Positions 1 to 11,260 of a stretch of DNA of 64,000 bases are shown here, piece by piece (within the stretch, counting starts at the first letter, position 1; the number at the start of each line of letters is the position of its first letter). The DNA lies in contig NC_043010.1 of assembly GCF_006345805.1 (NCBI RefSeq), positions 61,318,001 through 61,382,000 on the forward strand, read 5' to 3'. The translations under genes and the position numbers were made by a program. Origin of the DNA: Octopus sinensis. Taxonomy: Eukaryota. The notes beneath the pieces were generated by a model. The model made no database searches. It had not been told where the DNA came from and saw nothing but the letters and a program-made list of their open reading frames with translations.

Positions 1-2066
1 ACTCATATACACTGCATTGTACGTGTAATATATATATATATATATGTATGTATACACACACACACACACACTTTCATTCATGGACATATACTATATGAAT
101 TATTATATGTAGCACACACTCCTCTTTCTCTCCCCCATCTCTCTCTCTCTCTCAATATATATATATATACACACACACACACACGTATATACATGTATGT
201 GCTGCATAGACACACTAAATTTTATTTTATGTGCTCCATATATTCATTGTGTGTGTATATATTGCATACATTTATGTATCTGCTGTGTAATATACAAGAT
301 ATGTTTTTATAAATATATATATACCCAACATGTTTGTGTTGTGTGTGTGTGTGTGTGTCACATGCCATCAAATGATATCTCAGGGGTCATAATGCTATAT
401 TCATATATACGCATACATTAAACACACAAAACTTTTACATATACACCCACTCGCATCCACACACTCTTAGTTTCACACAAACACACACACACAATTTAAT
501 ACTGTTTACAGCTTTTTGTTTGTTTGTTTTTTTCTTTCTTCTACTAAAGCTGATATCTCCCTAAGGGATTTTATAGTAACTAACCCCTGCCTGCCTCTGG
601 TAGACAAGGATGTTATCAGCTTGCATTATGGGTAATTTTCAGACCTTGATATAAATCAGTTTCTAAAAATTACATAACCCTACATTCTAAGGTTATCCTA
701 TAGTAGTAGTAGTAATAATAATAATAATAATAATAATCATTTAAGGCACAAGGCCTGCAATTTTGGCTGGTACCTTATTTTATCAACCCAGGAGGTATGA
801 AAGGTAAAGTTGACCTTGGCAGAATTTGAACTTGAGCAAAATGCTGGAACAAATAGCTCAAGGTGTTTTTTTTCTAATGTTCCAGTGATTCTGTTTGCAT
901 GCTGCCATTATATAATAATAATAATATAATAATAATAATGGTAATGATTATACTATGTTATCACAAATATTTGATGTTTGATAAGTTTACTGAAAGGAGT
1001 TAAATGAAAGCCTAAACCTTGGGCTTCACTCAAGGCAAAAAAATATATTATTTGAAGAAATTGATTAATAAAAGAAGAATAATGAAATCACACCTCCACC
1101 TGCCCACCCCCCTTGATTACCCCCTCCCCCACTACCTTGAAATTACATCTGAAAAATCTCAAAATAAAATCCTGGGGAAAATGAAAAACAAAATTCCAGG
1201 GAAAAAAAAAACCCCCACAAAAAAACAAAGCAAAACTTGTAAATTGATAAAATAAAAGTAACAGTTGATTATATTTCATGTATGTAAACGAATCCCTTCT
1301 CATTTCTGTCCCCTCTTCTAAAACTCATTAATTACTAGTCATCTTTGTGACACTTTTAAAATTCTCAGGATACATCTGTCAAAAAAAAACATTAAAAGAA
1401 ACCATCCAAGCGACGGTATTTGACCGGTCAAAACTGGTTTTTATAATGGCTGAACTCAAAAGTTTTGCACTTTGAAGCAATTTTCAGTGATTTTTTTTTC
1501 TTTTAAAACTTTTCTTCTTTTTAATTTTTACTGTTTTATTTGTTAATTTTTTAATTATTTATTTATATATTATTTATTTTTATTTTTGCCTCTTTTTAGA
1601 AAAAAACAACTTTTTGTTTATTAACAAAATATTTTATGTAACCAATTTTTATTCTCTCTATCTCTCTCTCTCAATCTTTCAATATCACAACAACAGCAAA
1701 AATGATTTCACTCTGATCTGCTCTACAGAAAAACAAAAACATTTCCTCTCCCCAACTTCCTCCAAACCTATTAAACCAGCCTTAATTCAAATACTAAGTC
1801 CCTCTCTCCTTTTCTCCTCTCCCTCTGTACAATGTCTCACAGCAGCAAATTGGTAGCTGTATGTTAGTGAACTCTCAACGCTACTGTACACTCGTATCTG
1901 TTTGACAATTCAATGTATAACCAACCACTGTATGGTGTGTCATTATATACAGTCATCACTGTATAACATCTTGTAACCCTAAAACACTTTGTTATACCAT
2001 GGGAGCCATCATTTGGGAGTTGATGGGCTTGGTTTCATATACACACACATATACACACACTGGATA

Positions 2067-2265
2067 TAGGGTGTCCATAAAATACCTTTACAATTTGAAA
2101 TATTCAGAAACAAACATTGGAAAAGTATAACTCAGCGGAGTTTATTGGAGAAGATAATAAGGCAAATAAAGTTTTATTAGAAACATCAGGAAATTTCCAC
2201 AGTTGCACGTGACACATACGTTTAAGAAATTAGGAAAGTTGTAACGATAATTTATGAACACCCTA
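2067..2265. mobile_element. Tc1/mariner-type MITE
   Basis: TIRs TAGGGTGTCCATAAAAT / AATTTATGAACACCCTA flanked by TA on both sides; 199 bp; no ORF. Confidence 0.7.
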
Positions 2266-2323
2266 TACACACACACATGCATATGAATGTGTATGTATGT
2301 ATATATATATATATATGTATGCA

Positions 2324-2360
<37 letters not shown>

Positions 2361-2362
<2 letters not shown>

Positions 2363-2659
2363 CAAAGAAGGTAAAAAGAGAGAAAATAGAAAGTTGTTGA
2401 CAATGCGGAAAATTTAATAAAACCTTTGTATTTTGGGTTCAAAATGCCATCTTCAGAAGAACAACAGTCTGGGAAATATCCATTTATGTAGGTTCCAATA
2501 ACCCATTCAAATATGTTTTTGAATGGGTTTAACAGAAACTACATAACTGGACTTTTCTCAGACTGTTCTTTCCTTCTGAAGACGGGGCTTTGAACCCAAA
2601 ATACAATGGTTCCATTAGACTTTCCACATTGTCAGAAGCTTTCCTTTACCTTCTTTGAT
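2361..2659. repeat. About 300-bp imperfect fold-back palindrome next to (TA)n
   Basis: ATCAAAGAAGGTAAA pairs with TTTACCTTCTTTGAT; TTGTATTTTGGGTTCAAA with TTTGAACCCAAAATACAA; AACCCATTCAAA with TTTGAATGGGTT; centre near 2513. Confidence 0.85.
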
Positions 2660-3762
2660 GTCACAATGCTTCGAGCGAACTACATTACACATACACACAC
2701 ATTTATATATATATATATTTATCTAACATCCAACACATGCCAGCATGGAAAATGGATGTTAAATGGTGATGATGTATATCCATGTACACATGTGTTTATA
2801 TAAAAAATGTGCATGTGCATATATATATATATACACACACAGAGAGAAAATACATGTGTGTGTAGTATATGTTTATCTGAGAGTGTATATATAGAGACAT
2901 GTATGTAAGTGTGTGTCACTGTCATCACGTTGGTATGTGCTTCTGTAAATTTGTATATATATATATGTGTGTGTGTGTGTACATAGGTGTATACATGCTG
3001 TGGTTACATGTTTTCTTTACATACAGAAAAATATTTTATATATTTTATGTGCTTCTCTATATATATATATGTATAGATTATTTGTGCATGTTTGTGTGGG
3101 TGTGTGTATATATATATATACACACACACGCACACACATACTCTCGTGTGTGTGTGTGTATATATATATACATATATATATTTGCATACAGTACTATGCA
3201 TACATCTGCATTTTTGTATTATATAATCAATGTCCATACATAATGAACAAGTGTATATACAAAGATCATTTCTGTACAATTTCTATCAACACACATGCAA
3301 GCATGTTTGTCTGTAGAAAATGTTCATGTGTATGTATGTATGTATGTATGTATCTAGGAAGACTGACGAATCTGTAAAGCATAAGACTACCTACCCAGAG
3401 GTCGTGAGTTGTAATTCACTGCAGGTGTGTCTCACTGTAGGTGTGTCATTGTTCATCCAGTTGATTATCTGAGACCGTTACCTGCCATATAGACTGGGAT
3501 CCCACAAGGATGTAGATTAGATTTAGCCATTAATCTATGGAACCAGAGCCAAAGACTGGACCCTGAGACCTTGCAAGACACCCACATCATTCACATATTA
3601 GGGGAAACATGTAGAGTCAGTAACAAACTGAATTAAAAGGTCCTCGTTAATCAATTTGCTGTTTCAACTGGTCTGGGTTCAAATCTTAGCATCATCTGTA
3701 TGAGTGTGTAATAAAATTGGTACCTGTAATATACTGGGGGGTCTCCATACACACACACACAT

Positions 3763-3944
3763 ATTTGTGTATTAAGGCTACCACTGGTTTCATGTTAAGA
3801 AAAATATCTTAATATCCTAACAGTTTCTCAAGCCAATCCCATGAAGACAAACACCATCCCTTCATGTGATTGGCTTAAAAAATTGTTAGGATATCAAGAT
3901 ATCTTTTCTTAACATGAAACCAATGGTAGCCTTAATATACAAAT
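3763..3944. repeat. 182-bp fold-back palindrome (84-bp arms, 13-nt loop)
   Basis: ATTTGTGTATTAAGGCTACCACTGGTTTCATGTTAAGAA pairs with TTCTTAACATGAAACCAATGGTAGCCTTAATATACAAAT; loop 3847-3859. Confidence 0.9.
3776..3834 (-). ncRNA. Minimal type-I hammerhead ribozyme-like motif with U3:A8 core
   Basis: GGC-TTGAGAA-AC-TGTTAG..CTTAACAT-GAA-ACCAGTGGT-A-GCC; a decayed sister copy lies on the + strand at 3872-3931. Confidence 0.6.
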
Positions 3945-4779
3945 AATGAAATTCTATCCACCAATGTGGTATTGAGCACTCATTGTTCAACATTTACACA
4001 CACACATACAAATATGGATACATACACATACTTTAGGTTAAAGTCTGTTGTATCTTTATAGGCTCATTAGACCAAAAGACCTTCAGTTACCAAAACAAGT
4101 GAGCACAACGTCCCTGGATGGGATGCTAGTCTATCACAAGCTTAACTCCCCAGTGACTGCTGGCATTCATTTCAGTTGAGTATGTTGTAGGTTTGGTCCC
4201 CAGACTGAACAGCATGTTATATCCTTCAGCAAGGATCTTCATTTCATGTTGCTCCTTGTCTGTCTGTGTGTGTGTCCATGTTTGTACATGTTTGTTGACT
4301 CTCACCAAGTGCAATGGCTGAGTGGATAAAAATGCTGGACTCCAGATGTCTGAGTTGTGAGTTCAATCTCTGTGTCTGCTGGTTTAGTCTTCTGTCTGCT
4401 GGCAAATCATTTGACTCAGTTTTCTGTATGGGGGTGGGGGAAATAGCTCCAGACTTATATTGCTGTGCATTATTTTGGATCACACTAGCATGGAAATGGA
4501 AATGATCAGGTCCTGGCCTAATCCCTAACTATTCCAGGACAGCCCAACCTTTACTCTCACTGGAGCTGGGTGATATCACCAGACCTGTTAGACAATGAAA
4601 GCCTTCAAATCTCCTCTCCATGTCATGTGTGTCTGTGTATCCGTACATGTATATTATGTCTATATACTTTCTAGAAGCCACATCTCTAATGTATCATTGC
4701 TTTTGAAATAAATCCTGACTGATTACAACTCTCTCTTCATCTCGTTCTTTATTTACCATTCATTCTTCTGCTCAGCTTA

Positions 4780-5036
4780 TTCAGTGCCTTCTACTATAGC
4801 CCCAGGCCGACCAAAGCCTTGTGAGTGGATTTGGTAAATGGAAACTGAAAGAAGCCTGTTGTATATGTATATGCTTGCATGTCTGTGTTTTTACCTCTGT
4901 AATTTAGCAGTTCGGCAAAAGAGATCGATAGAATAAGTACTAGGCTTACAAAGAATAAGTCCTGGGGTTGATTTGCTCGACTAAAGGCAGTGCTCCAGCA
5001 TGACCACAGTCAAATGACTGAAACAAATAAAAGAAT
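4780..5036 (+). mobile_element. SINE family A, 5'-truncated
   Basis: Matches the body and tail of the copy at 18413-18786 (GGCCGACCAAAGCCTTGTGAGTGGATTTGG ... CAGCATG ... GACTGAAAC). Confidence 0.8.
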
Positions 5037-5252
5037 ATATGTGGTTGTTATATTTTTTTGATAACATAACAGGTTAGATAGGATGATGTCTATATTACGA
5101 TAACCTATATGTTACGCATATTGGTTGATCAGTGGTGGCCCTTAAGTGCAAGAACAAAATTTGTTTTGAGGTTGCAAACGCAGGTCCAAACTTTTTACAA
5201 ACGACCGATGTTTTTTTTCGATCTTAATATCAAAATAAACACAAGTGTAATA

Positions 5253-5420
5253 ATGGTTTCAAATTTTGGCACAATGCCAGAAGTTTTGGCAGAGGGGCTA
5301 ATTTGAGTAAATCGACCCTGAAAGGATGAAGGGCAAAGTCGACCTCAGCAGAATTTGAACTCAGAACATAGAGATGAGCGAAATGCTGCTAAATATTTTG
5401 TCTATCATGCTACAACATCC
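5253..5420 (-). mobile_element. SINE family B, degenerate
   Basis: Contains AAGGATGAAGGGCAAAGTCGACCTCAGCAGAATTTGAACTCAG, shared with 5828-6048 and 11026-11260. Similar degenerate copies lie near 740-910, 8595-8770, 10568-10770 and 11580-11690. Confidence 0.7.
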
Positions 5421-5827
5421 GCTTTCCATTCCGGCATGGGTGGGATTGTCCATCAATCAAACAAGATAAATCCAATAATGGAAAAGTAATGTTTCAAACC
5501 ACTTCAAAAATGTTTCTACACTCGTTCAATTTAGTGATGAAGTTTTTCAGGAGGACGTTCAAAGCATTTTCGTTGTCTCTCAAAAATTTTACAAGGTACA
5601 CTTTTACCCTCTGTCCCTGTTCCCAAGCCTCTGTGGTAGCCCACCAACACCAGTGGTTACCCACATGTATATCACTACATGCCAATAGTTACCTGTTTCC
5701 TTGGCTACCCTATTTTAGTGCCTGCAAGTAACAGGTGTGACTAATACTGATGTCTGTCTGTACCAATGACAAGTCACAATATTGTTTTACTGTATCTGTG
5801 GCAAGTCTGCTTCTAGTAGTGACAAGT

Positions 5828-6048
5828 TATACCTATTTCCTTACTGTCCACAAGGGGACAAACAAGGACAGACAAATGAATTAAGTCGATTACATCGACC
5901 CCAGTGCGTAACTGGTACTTAATTTATCGACCCCTAAAGGATGAAAGGCAAAGTCGACCATGGCAGAATTTGAACTCAACGTAAAGACAGACGAAATACA
6001 ACTACGTACTTTGCCCGGCGTGCTAACGTTTCTGCCAGCTCGCCACCT
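5828..6048 (-). mobile_element. tRNA-derived SINE family B, near full length
   Basis: Reverse complement of the 11026-11260 copy; head GGTGGCGAGCTGGCAGAAACG with a B-box-like GAGTTCAAATTC. Confidence 0.85.
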
Positions 6049-6436
6049 GTGACAAGTTATACCATTGTCTACCATTACACCTCTCAAACCACGCCAGTAC
6101 CTGGCAATGCAACTCTGTGCCAAGTTCATTTCCGGCCAAAGCCGACTTGGTCGTTCATTCTTTCAAGGTTAATAACAACATACCAATTCGAGGTGGTGGG
6201 TTGGTGACAATGTAAAACCGTCTGACTGGAGGCCATGCAGTGGTTGTTGTGGATCTTTGTGCTCTGTGTTCAAATCCCACCATGGCTTACCTGGGTAACA
6301 GACTTAAACTATCTCTTGGTTTAACACCATCGCCTGGCACTTCACTTTAGGTGCTCACGTCCCTGCCTCTGGTAGTGATTATTATCACCAGTCGTTTTCA
6401 TAAGTTAGTCATTTTAGTTTCACAATGTTACCCTCT

Positions 6437-6711
6437 CCCAGAACCAGCACTATCCATAAGGCAAATTAGGTGCTAAAATCAGGGACTCCACAAAATCACT
6501 TACACAAATTTGTTAATCGAATTTGAAAAAAAGTTAAACCTTAGTAATAAAGAGAGCAGACGAGGTTATTTGTCATTTGTTGTTAAGGTACAGCTCTCAA
6601 GTTTGGAGTTTCATTGGGGATACATGTTCACATGTGGTCCCTGGTCTCATGCGCACACACTTTGGGATAGTGCTAGCCAATATACTTTCTCTCCCAGTGG
6701 GTCATTTGTCA
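6437..6711. repeat. 275-bp direct repeat, copy 1
   Basis: Colinear with 8791-9065, with only a handful of substitutions. Confidence 0.9.
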
Positions 6712-7090
6712 GCAGGATTTTCAGGCCACAGGCAGAAGCATTGCTTTGCCTGCTGGAATGTTAAGATCAACTGTCAGATATGGTTGGCATTCATGAGGGA
6801 TGTGGTGAACTCAGTTGGAGCTGGCTCAATCCTGGGTAAATGCTGCCACAAGTGCAATTAGGGAGTGAGGTCCCTTGGAACAAAGAAAGATTGAAGACCT
6901 GATGATGGAGACAAGGTGCAGAGTCTTGTGTGGTGTTACGATTTGTTATGATTTGGTGTCAAATGTTCCAAATTTAGTCCAGCAAAAGATTTCCTCAATG
7001 ATTTCGGCATTTTCATAAAACCATAGATTTGGTATTACGGAGATGTACTTGCACAGCGAGTGACCTGATCTGAGATCGTGTGCTGAAACG

Positions 7091-7332
7091 AAAATAATTG
7101 CAACGTGGAAGGTGTTTATAAGCCATTTAAGAAATACACAAAACCATTAGATTCACTTCAACATTTAAATTTATTTTGTCAAAATATTTTGCACGAAGTT
7201 TTGTCAGTGAACAGGTCGTGGTCTCAAAGCGCCGAAAATATTTTGACAAATTAAATTTAAACATTGAAGTGAATCTAAGTTTTGTGTGTTTCTTAAATGG
7301 CTTATAAACACCTTCCACACTGCAATTGTTTT
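7091..7332. repeat. About 240-bp inverted repeat (about 100-bp arms, 44-bp spacer)
   Basis: GTGGAAGGTGTTTATAAGCCATTTAAGAAA pairs with TTTCTTAAATGGCTTATAAACACCTTCCAC, continuing to AAAATATTTT on each side. Confidence 0.9.
7200..7250 (+). ncRNA. Minimal type-I hammerhead ribozyme-like motif with G3:C8 core
   Basis: TTTGTCA-GTGAACA-G-GTCGT-ggtctcaaa-GCGCC-GAA-AATATT-T-TGACAAA: 7-bp stem I and palindromic helix III. Confidence 0.65.
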
Positions 7333-7614
7333 CATAGATTTAGTGTTTGCAAGTTAATTATAATAGTTTTCCAACTGGTGTGATTAAAATGATGATTGGA
7401 GGATCTTTTTTTGTGTATCTTTCTTTACTTGTTTCACTCATTGGATTGTGGCCATGCTGGGGTATCTACTTGAAGGGTTTTAAGTTGAATGAAATGACCC
7501 CAGTTCTATTGGTCACTTTTGCCAAACCTCTAAGTTGGGACAGGCATGAACAAACCAACACCAATTATCAAGCAGTGGTGGAGGGTTACACACACACATA
7601 TATATATATATATA

Positions 7615-8010
7615 TTCTTTTACTCTTTTACTTGTTTCAGTCATTTGACTGCGGCCATGCTGGAACACTGACTTTATTGAGCAACTCGACCCCAGGACTT
7701 ATTCTTTGTAAGCCTAGTACTCATTCTATCAGTCTCTTTTGCCGTACCGCTAAGTTACAGGGACGTAAACACAACAGCATCGGTTGTCAAGCGATGTTGG
7801 GAGGACAAACACAGAAACACAAATATACACACACACACATATATATGAATGGGCTTCTTTCAGTTTCCGTCTACCAAATCCACTCACTACGCTTTGATTG
7901 GCCCAAGGCTATAGTAGAAGACACTTGCCCAAGGTACCACGCAGTGGGACTGAACCTGGAACCATGTGGTAGGTAAGCAAGCTACTTACCACACAGCCAC
8001 TTCTACACCT
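7615..8010 (-). mobile_element. tRNA-derived SINE family A, full length
   Basis: Reverse complement of the 18413-18786 copy: head GTGGCTGTGTGGTAAGTAGC, CCTTGGGCAAGTG motif, internal (CA)/(TA) tract, (GTAAAAGA)-type tail. Confidence 0.9.
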
Positions 8011-8022
8011 CTCTCTCTCTCA

Positions 8023-8084
<62 letters not shown>

Positions 8085-8091
<7 letters not shown>

Positions 8092-8320
8092 GCTCAAGAA
8101 TGGTTATGGTTTGCAGGACATTGCTGGAGAAGAAACTAGGAAGTTATACACGGTCTACCGATATGGTAACCAACTCATGGGCGATACAGTAAAGGGAGAC
8201 CTGCTTCAACATTCATCAATGAACCCTCAGATGATACAAACCTCAGTAAGGCATAGTTACCAAGAGCAATGGGAAAGCATGGACTGTGGAGAGACTTTGC
8301 CAGGAACTTTTGAACATGGT
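8085..8320 (+). pseudogene. Degenerate RTE-clade LINE C-terminal fragment
   Basis: Translates to LWFAGHCWRR..EVIHGL.IW.PTHG..SKGRP with stops, homologous to FAGHCCRAENEVISALLLWKP in the 43672-44247 fragment. Confidence 0.55.
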
Positions 8321-8790
8321 CGCAAAATTATATATATATATATATGTATAGAACAGGCTTCTACACAATCCCCATCAACCAAATTCCCTCATAAGGCATT
8401 GGTCAGCCAAGGGGTGTAGTTGAAGACAGTCGCCCAGTAGAACTGAACTGAAAACCACACAGAAAAAATATTGGAGAAAGTGGTTCTCAATGTAGGGCTG
8501 GGGGGAGGAGGAGGAGGAGGAACACATTTTAGGGGTAACCTGAGGCACTGAATACCCTGGTACAACCCTTCCCTCCCTCCATATCAAAGATATTTATTTC
8601 AAATTTTGGCACAAGGCTAGCGAGTTGAGGGGAGGATAAGTCCAACTGGTGCTTAATTTATCAACCCCTGAAAGGATGAAAGGCAAATTCGACCTCAGCA
8701 GAATTTGAACTCAGAACCACTGCTAAGCAATTTGCCCAGCATGCTAAGGATTCTGCTATCTTGCCAGCCTCCTTCAATGCTACCCCCCAC

Positions 8791-9065
8791 CCCAGAACCA
8801 GCACTATCCACAAGGCAAATTAGGTGCTAAAATCAGGGACTCCACAAAATCACTTACACAAATTTGTTAATTGAATTCATAAAAAAGTTAAACCTTAGCA
8901 ATAAAAAGAGCAGACGAGGTTATTTGTCATTTGTTGTTAAGGTACAGCTCTCAAGTTTGGAGTTTCATTGGGGATACATGTTCACATGTGGTCCCTGGTC
9001 ACATGCACACACACTTTGGGATAGTGCTAGCCAATATACTTTCTCTCCCAGTGGGTCATTTGTCA
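8791..9065. repeat. 275-bp direct repeat, copy 2
   Basis: Colinear with 6437-6711. Confidence 0.9.
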
Positions 9066-9475
9066 AATTTGCCAGCAATCAAAAATATTACAATTATGTC
9101 CCCATCATTTCTACCATTTCTCAGAATTTAACCTGTCCTCCTTAACACTGATTGTTTTTGTTTGTCTGTCCCTTCTTAATTCAATAGGGCTTTATCAACA
9201 AGGATCCTTGAACAAAACCAAACTGTTATTCTAGTAACTCAGCTGTATCAATAAGCAGTTTTATTGATCTCAACTCTATCTTTGCCTTCAATAAATAAAA
9301 ATGTATTGATTAGCTGAGGAAGATGACATCTCTCACTTGTTTTCATATTAGAAAAGGAAAAAAACTAACAACAGATTCTATACTTGTTCTAGAAAATCTA
9401 TTTGAAGGTAAAAAAAAAAGTCTGTAGAGGGGAATTAACTCTTTGACATTCAGGTAATTCAGTTAAATGTCATAC

Positions 9476-9846
9476 TTTTTTACTCTTTTACTCGTTTCAG
9501 TTATGTGACTGTGGCCATGCTGGAGCACCACCTTTAGTCAAGCAAATCGACCCCAGGATTTATTCTTTCTAAGCCTAGGAACTTATTCTATCGGTTTCTT
9601 TTGCTGAACACACCAGTATCAGTTGTCAAGTGATGTGGGGGACAAACACAGACACACAAACATATATATATATACATATATACGATGGGTTTCTTTCAGT
9701 TTCCGTCTACCAAATCCACTCACAAGGCTTTGGTTAGCCCTAAGCTATAGTAGAAGACACTTGCCGAAGGTGCCACACAGTGGGGCTGAACCTGGAACCA
9801 TGTGGGTGGTAAGCAACCTACTTACCATACAGCCACTCCTACGCCT
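9476..9846 (-). mobile_element. tRNA-derived SINE family A, full length
   Basis: Same structure as 7615-8010 and 18413-18786. Confidence 0.9.
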
Positions 9847-9878
9847 GTGCTTATTTTTTCCAAATTGTTTTCAATTAA

Positions 9879-10100
9879 CCCTTTTGATACCAACCCGGCT
9901 GAAACCAGTTCTGGCTCTGTAGTACAAATGTCTTGCTTTCATAAGTTTTGAATTAAAATCTTCCACCAAACCTTGGTCACAATTTAGGTTCCTAACACTA
10001 GCTCAATGATAGCTAAGTTATTTTACTAAATTCTTTGTCATATTTAAAATTAATTGAAAGAAACACAGAGCATCTCAACAGAAATACGGTAAGAAAAGGG
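9879..10100. mobile_element. piggyBac-type MITE (222 bp)
   Basis: TTAA|CCCTTT ... AAAGGG|TTAA. Confidence 0.8.
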
Positions 10101-10131
10101 TTAAAATATATAATAGAGAAACAATTCTTAA

Positions 10132-10353
10132 CCCTTTTGATACCAACCTGGCTGAAACTGCCTCTGGCTCTGTAGTACAAATGTCTTGCTTTCATAAGTT
10201 TTGAATTAAAATCTTCCACCAAACCTTAGTCACAATTCATGTTCCTAACACTAGCTCAATGATAACTAAGTTATTATACTAAATTCTTTGTTATATTTAA
10301 AATTAATTGAAAGAAACACAGAACATCTCAACAGAAATATGGTAACGAAAGGG
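10132..10353. mobile_element. piggyBac-type MITE (222 bp), second copy
   Basis: TTAA|CCCTTT ... AAAGGG|TCAA; highly similar to 9879-10100. Confidence 0.8.
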
Positions 10354-10354
10354 T

Positions 10355-10504
10355 CAATCATGCATAATCTTGTAGCATCAAGATTTTGAAGGATGTGAAT
10401 GTTTATTATTAGAATGACATTGTAGGGTAGGTGTGAGAGGCCAGAACTGGCCAGTTTTGATATATAATAGGTAGAATCTTTTGCCTGATTTAAAAGCTAA
10501 AGGG
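10355..10504. mobile_element. Partial copy of a second piggyBac-type MITE family
   Basis: Shares TAGAATGACATTGT and TGGCCAGTTT with 24535-24755 and ends AAAGGG|TTGA. Confidence 0.55.
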
Positions 10505-10793
10505 TTGATGGCACAGACATTCCCCAAACCCAGTCATCACTGATGTGACTGCTAATTATAATTCCTTTTAATTTAGGCACAAAGCCAGTAATTTTGATGG
10601 GGGGGGGGTCAAGTTGATTGCATCAACCCCAGTATTTGACTGGTACTTTATTTTGTCCATCCTGAAAAGATGAAAGGCAAAGTCAACTTCAACAGGATTT
10701 CAACTCAGAGCATTTAAGATAAAGATGAAATCCCACCAAACATTTTGTCCAACAGGCAAATGGTTCTGCTTTAATAACAATTATTGTAATAAA

Positions 10794-11013
10794 AAGGGTG
10801 AGAGCTGACAGAACTTTCAGCAAACCCGACGAAATGCTTAGCAGCATTTTGTTAGTCTTTACGTTCTGAGTTCAAATTCTGCCGAGGTCGATTTTGCCTT
10901 TCATCCTTTTGGGGGTCGATAAATTAAGTACCAGTTGCGTACTGGTGTCGATCTAATCGATCGGCCCCCTGCCCCAAAATTTTGGGCCTTGTGCCTACTG
11001 TAGAGAAGAATAT
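10794..11013 (+). mobile_element. SINE family B (variant tail)
   Basis: GAGTTCAAATTCTGCCGAGGTCGATTTTGCCTTTCATCCTTTTGGGGGTCGATAAATTAAGTACCAG. Confidence 0.85.
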
Positions 11014-11025
11014 TTTTTTCTTCAT

Positions 11026-11260
11026 GGGTGGCGAGCTGGCAGAAACGTTAGCACGCTGGGTGAAAAGCTTAGCGGTATTTCGTCTGCGTTACGTTGTGAG
11101 TTCAAATTCCGTCGAGGTCGACTTTGCCTTTCATCCTTCCGGGGTCGATTAAATAAGTACCAGTTACGCACTGGGGTCGATGTAATCGACTTAATACCTA
11201 TGTCTGTCCTTGTTTGTCCGCTCTGTGTTTAGCCCCCTGTGGGCAGTAAAGAAATAAATA
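11026..11260 (+). mobile_element. tRNA-derived SINE family B, full length
   Basis: Head GGTGGCGAGCTGGCAGAAACG, B-box-like GAGTTCAAATTCC, body GTCGACTTTGCCTTTCATCC. Confidence 0.9.

Noticed and set aside
5494-5685. 63-aa minus-strand ORF with protein-like composition
   Set aside because: No recognisable motif or splice context; possibly a TE relic but unassignable.
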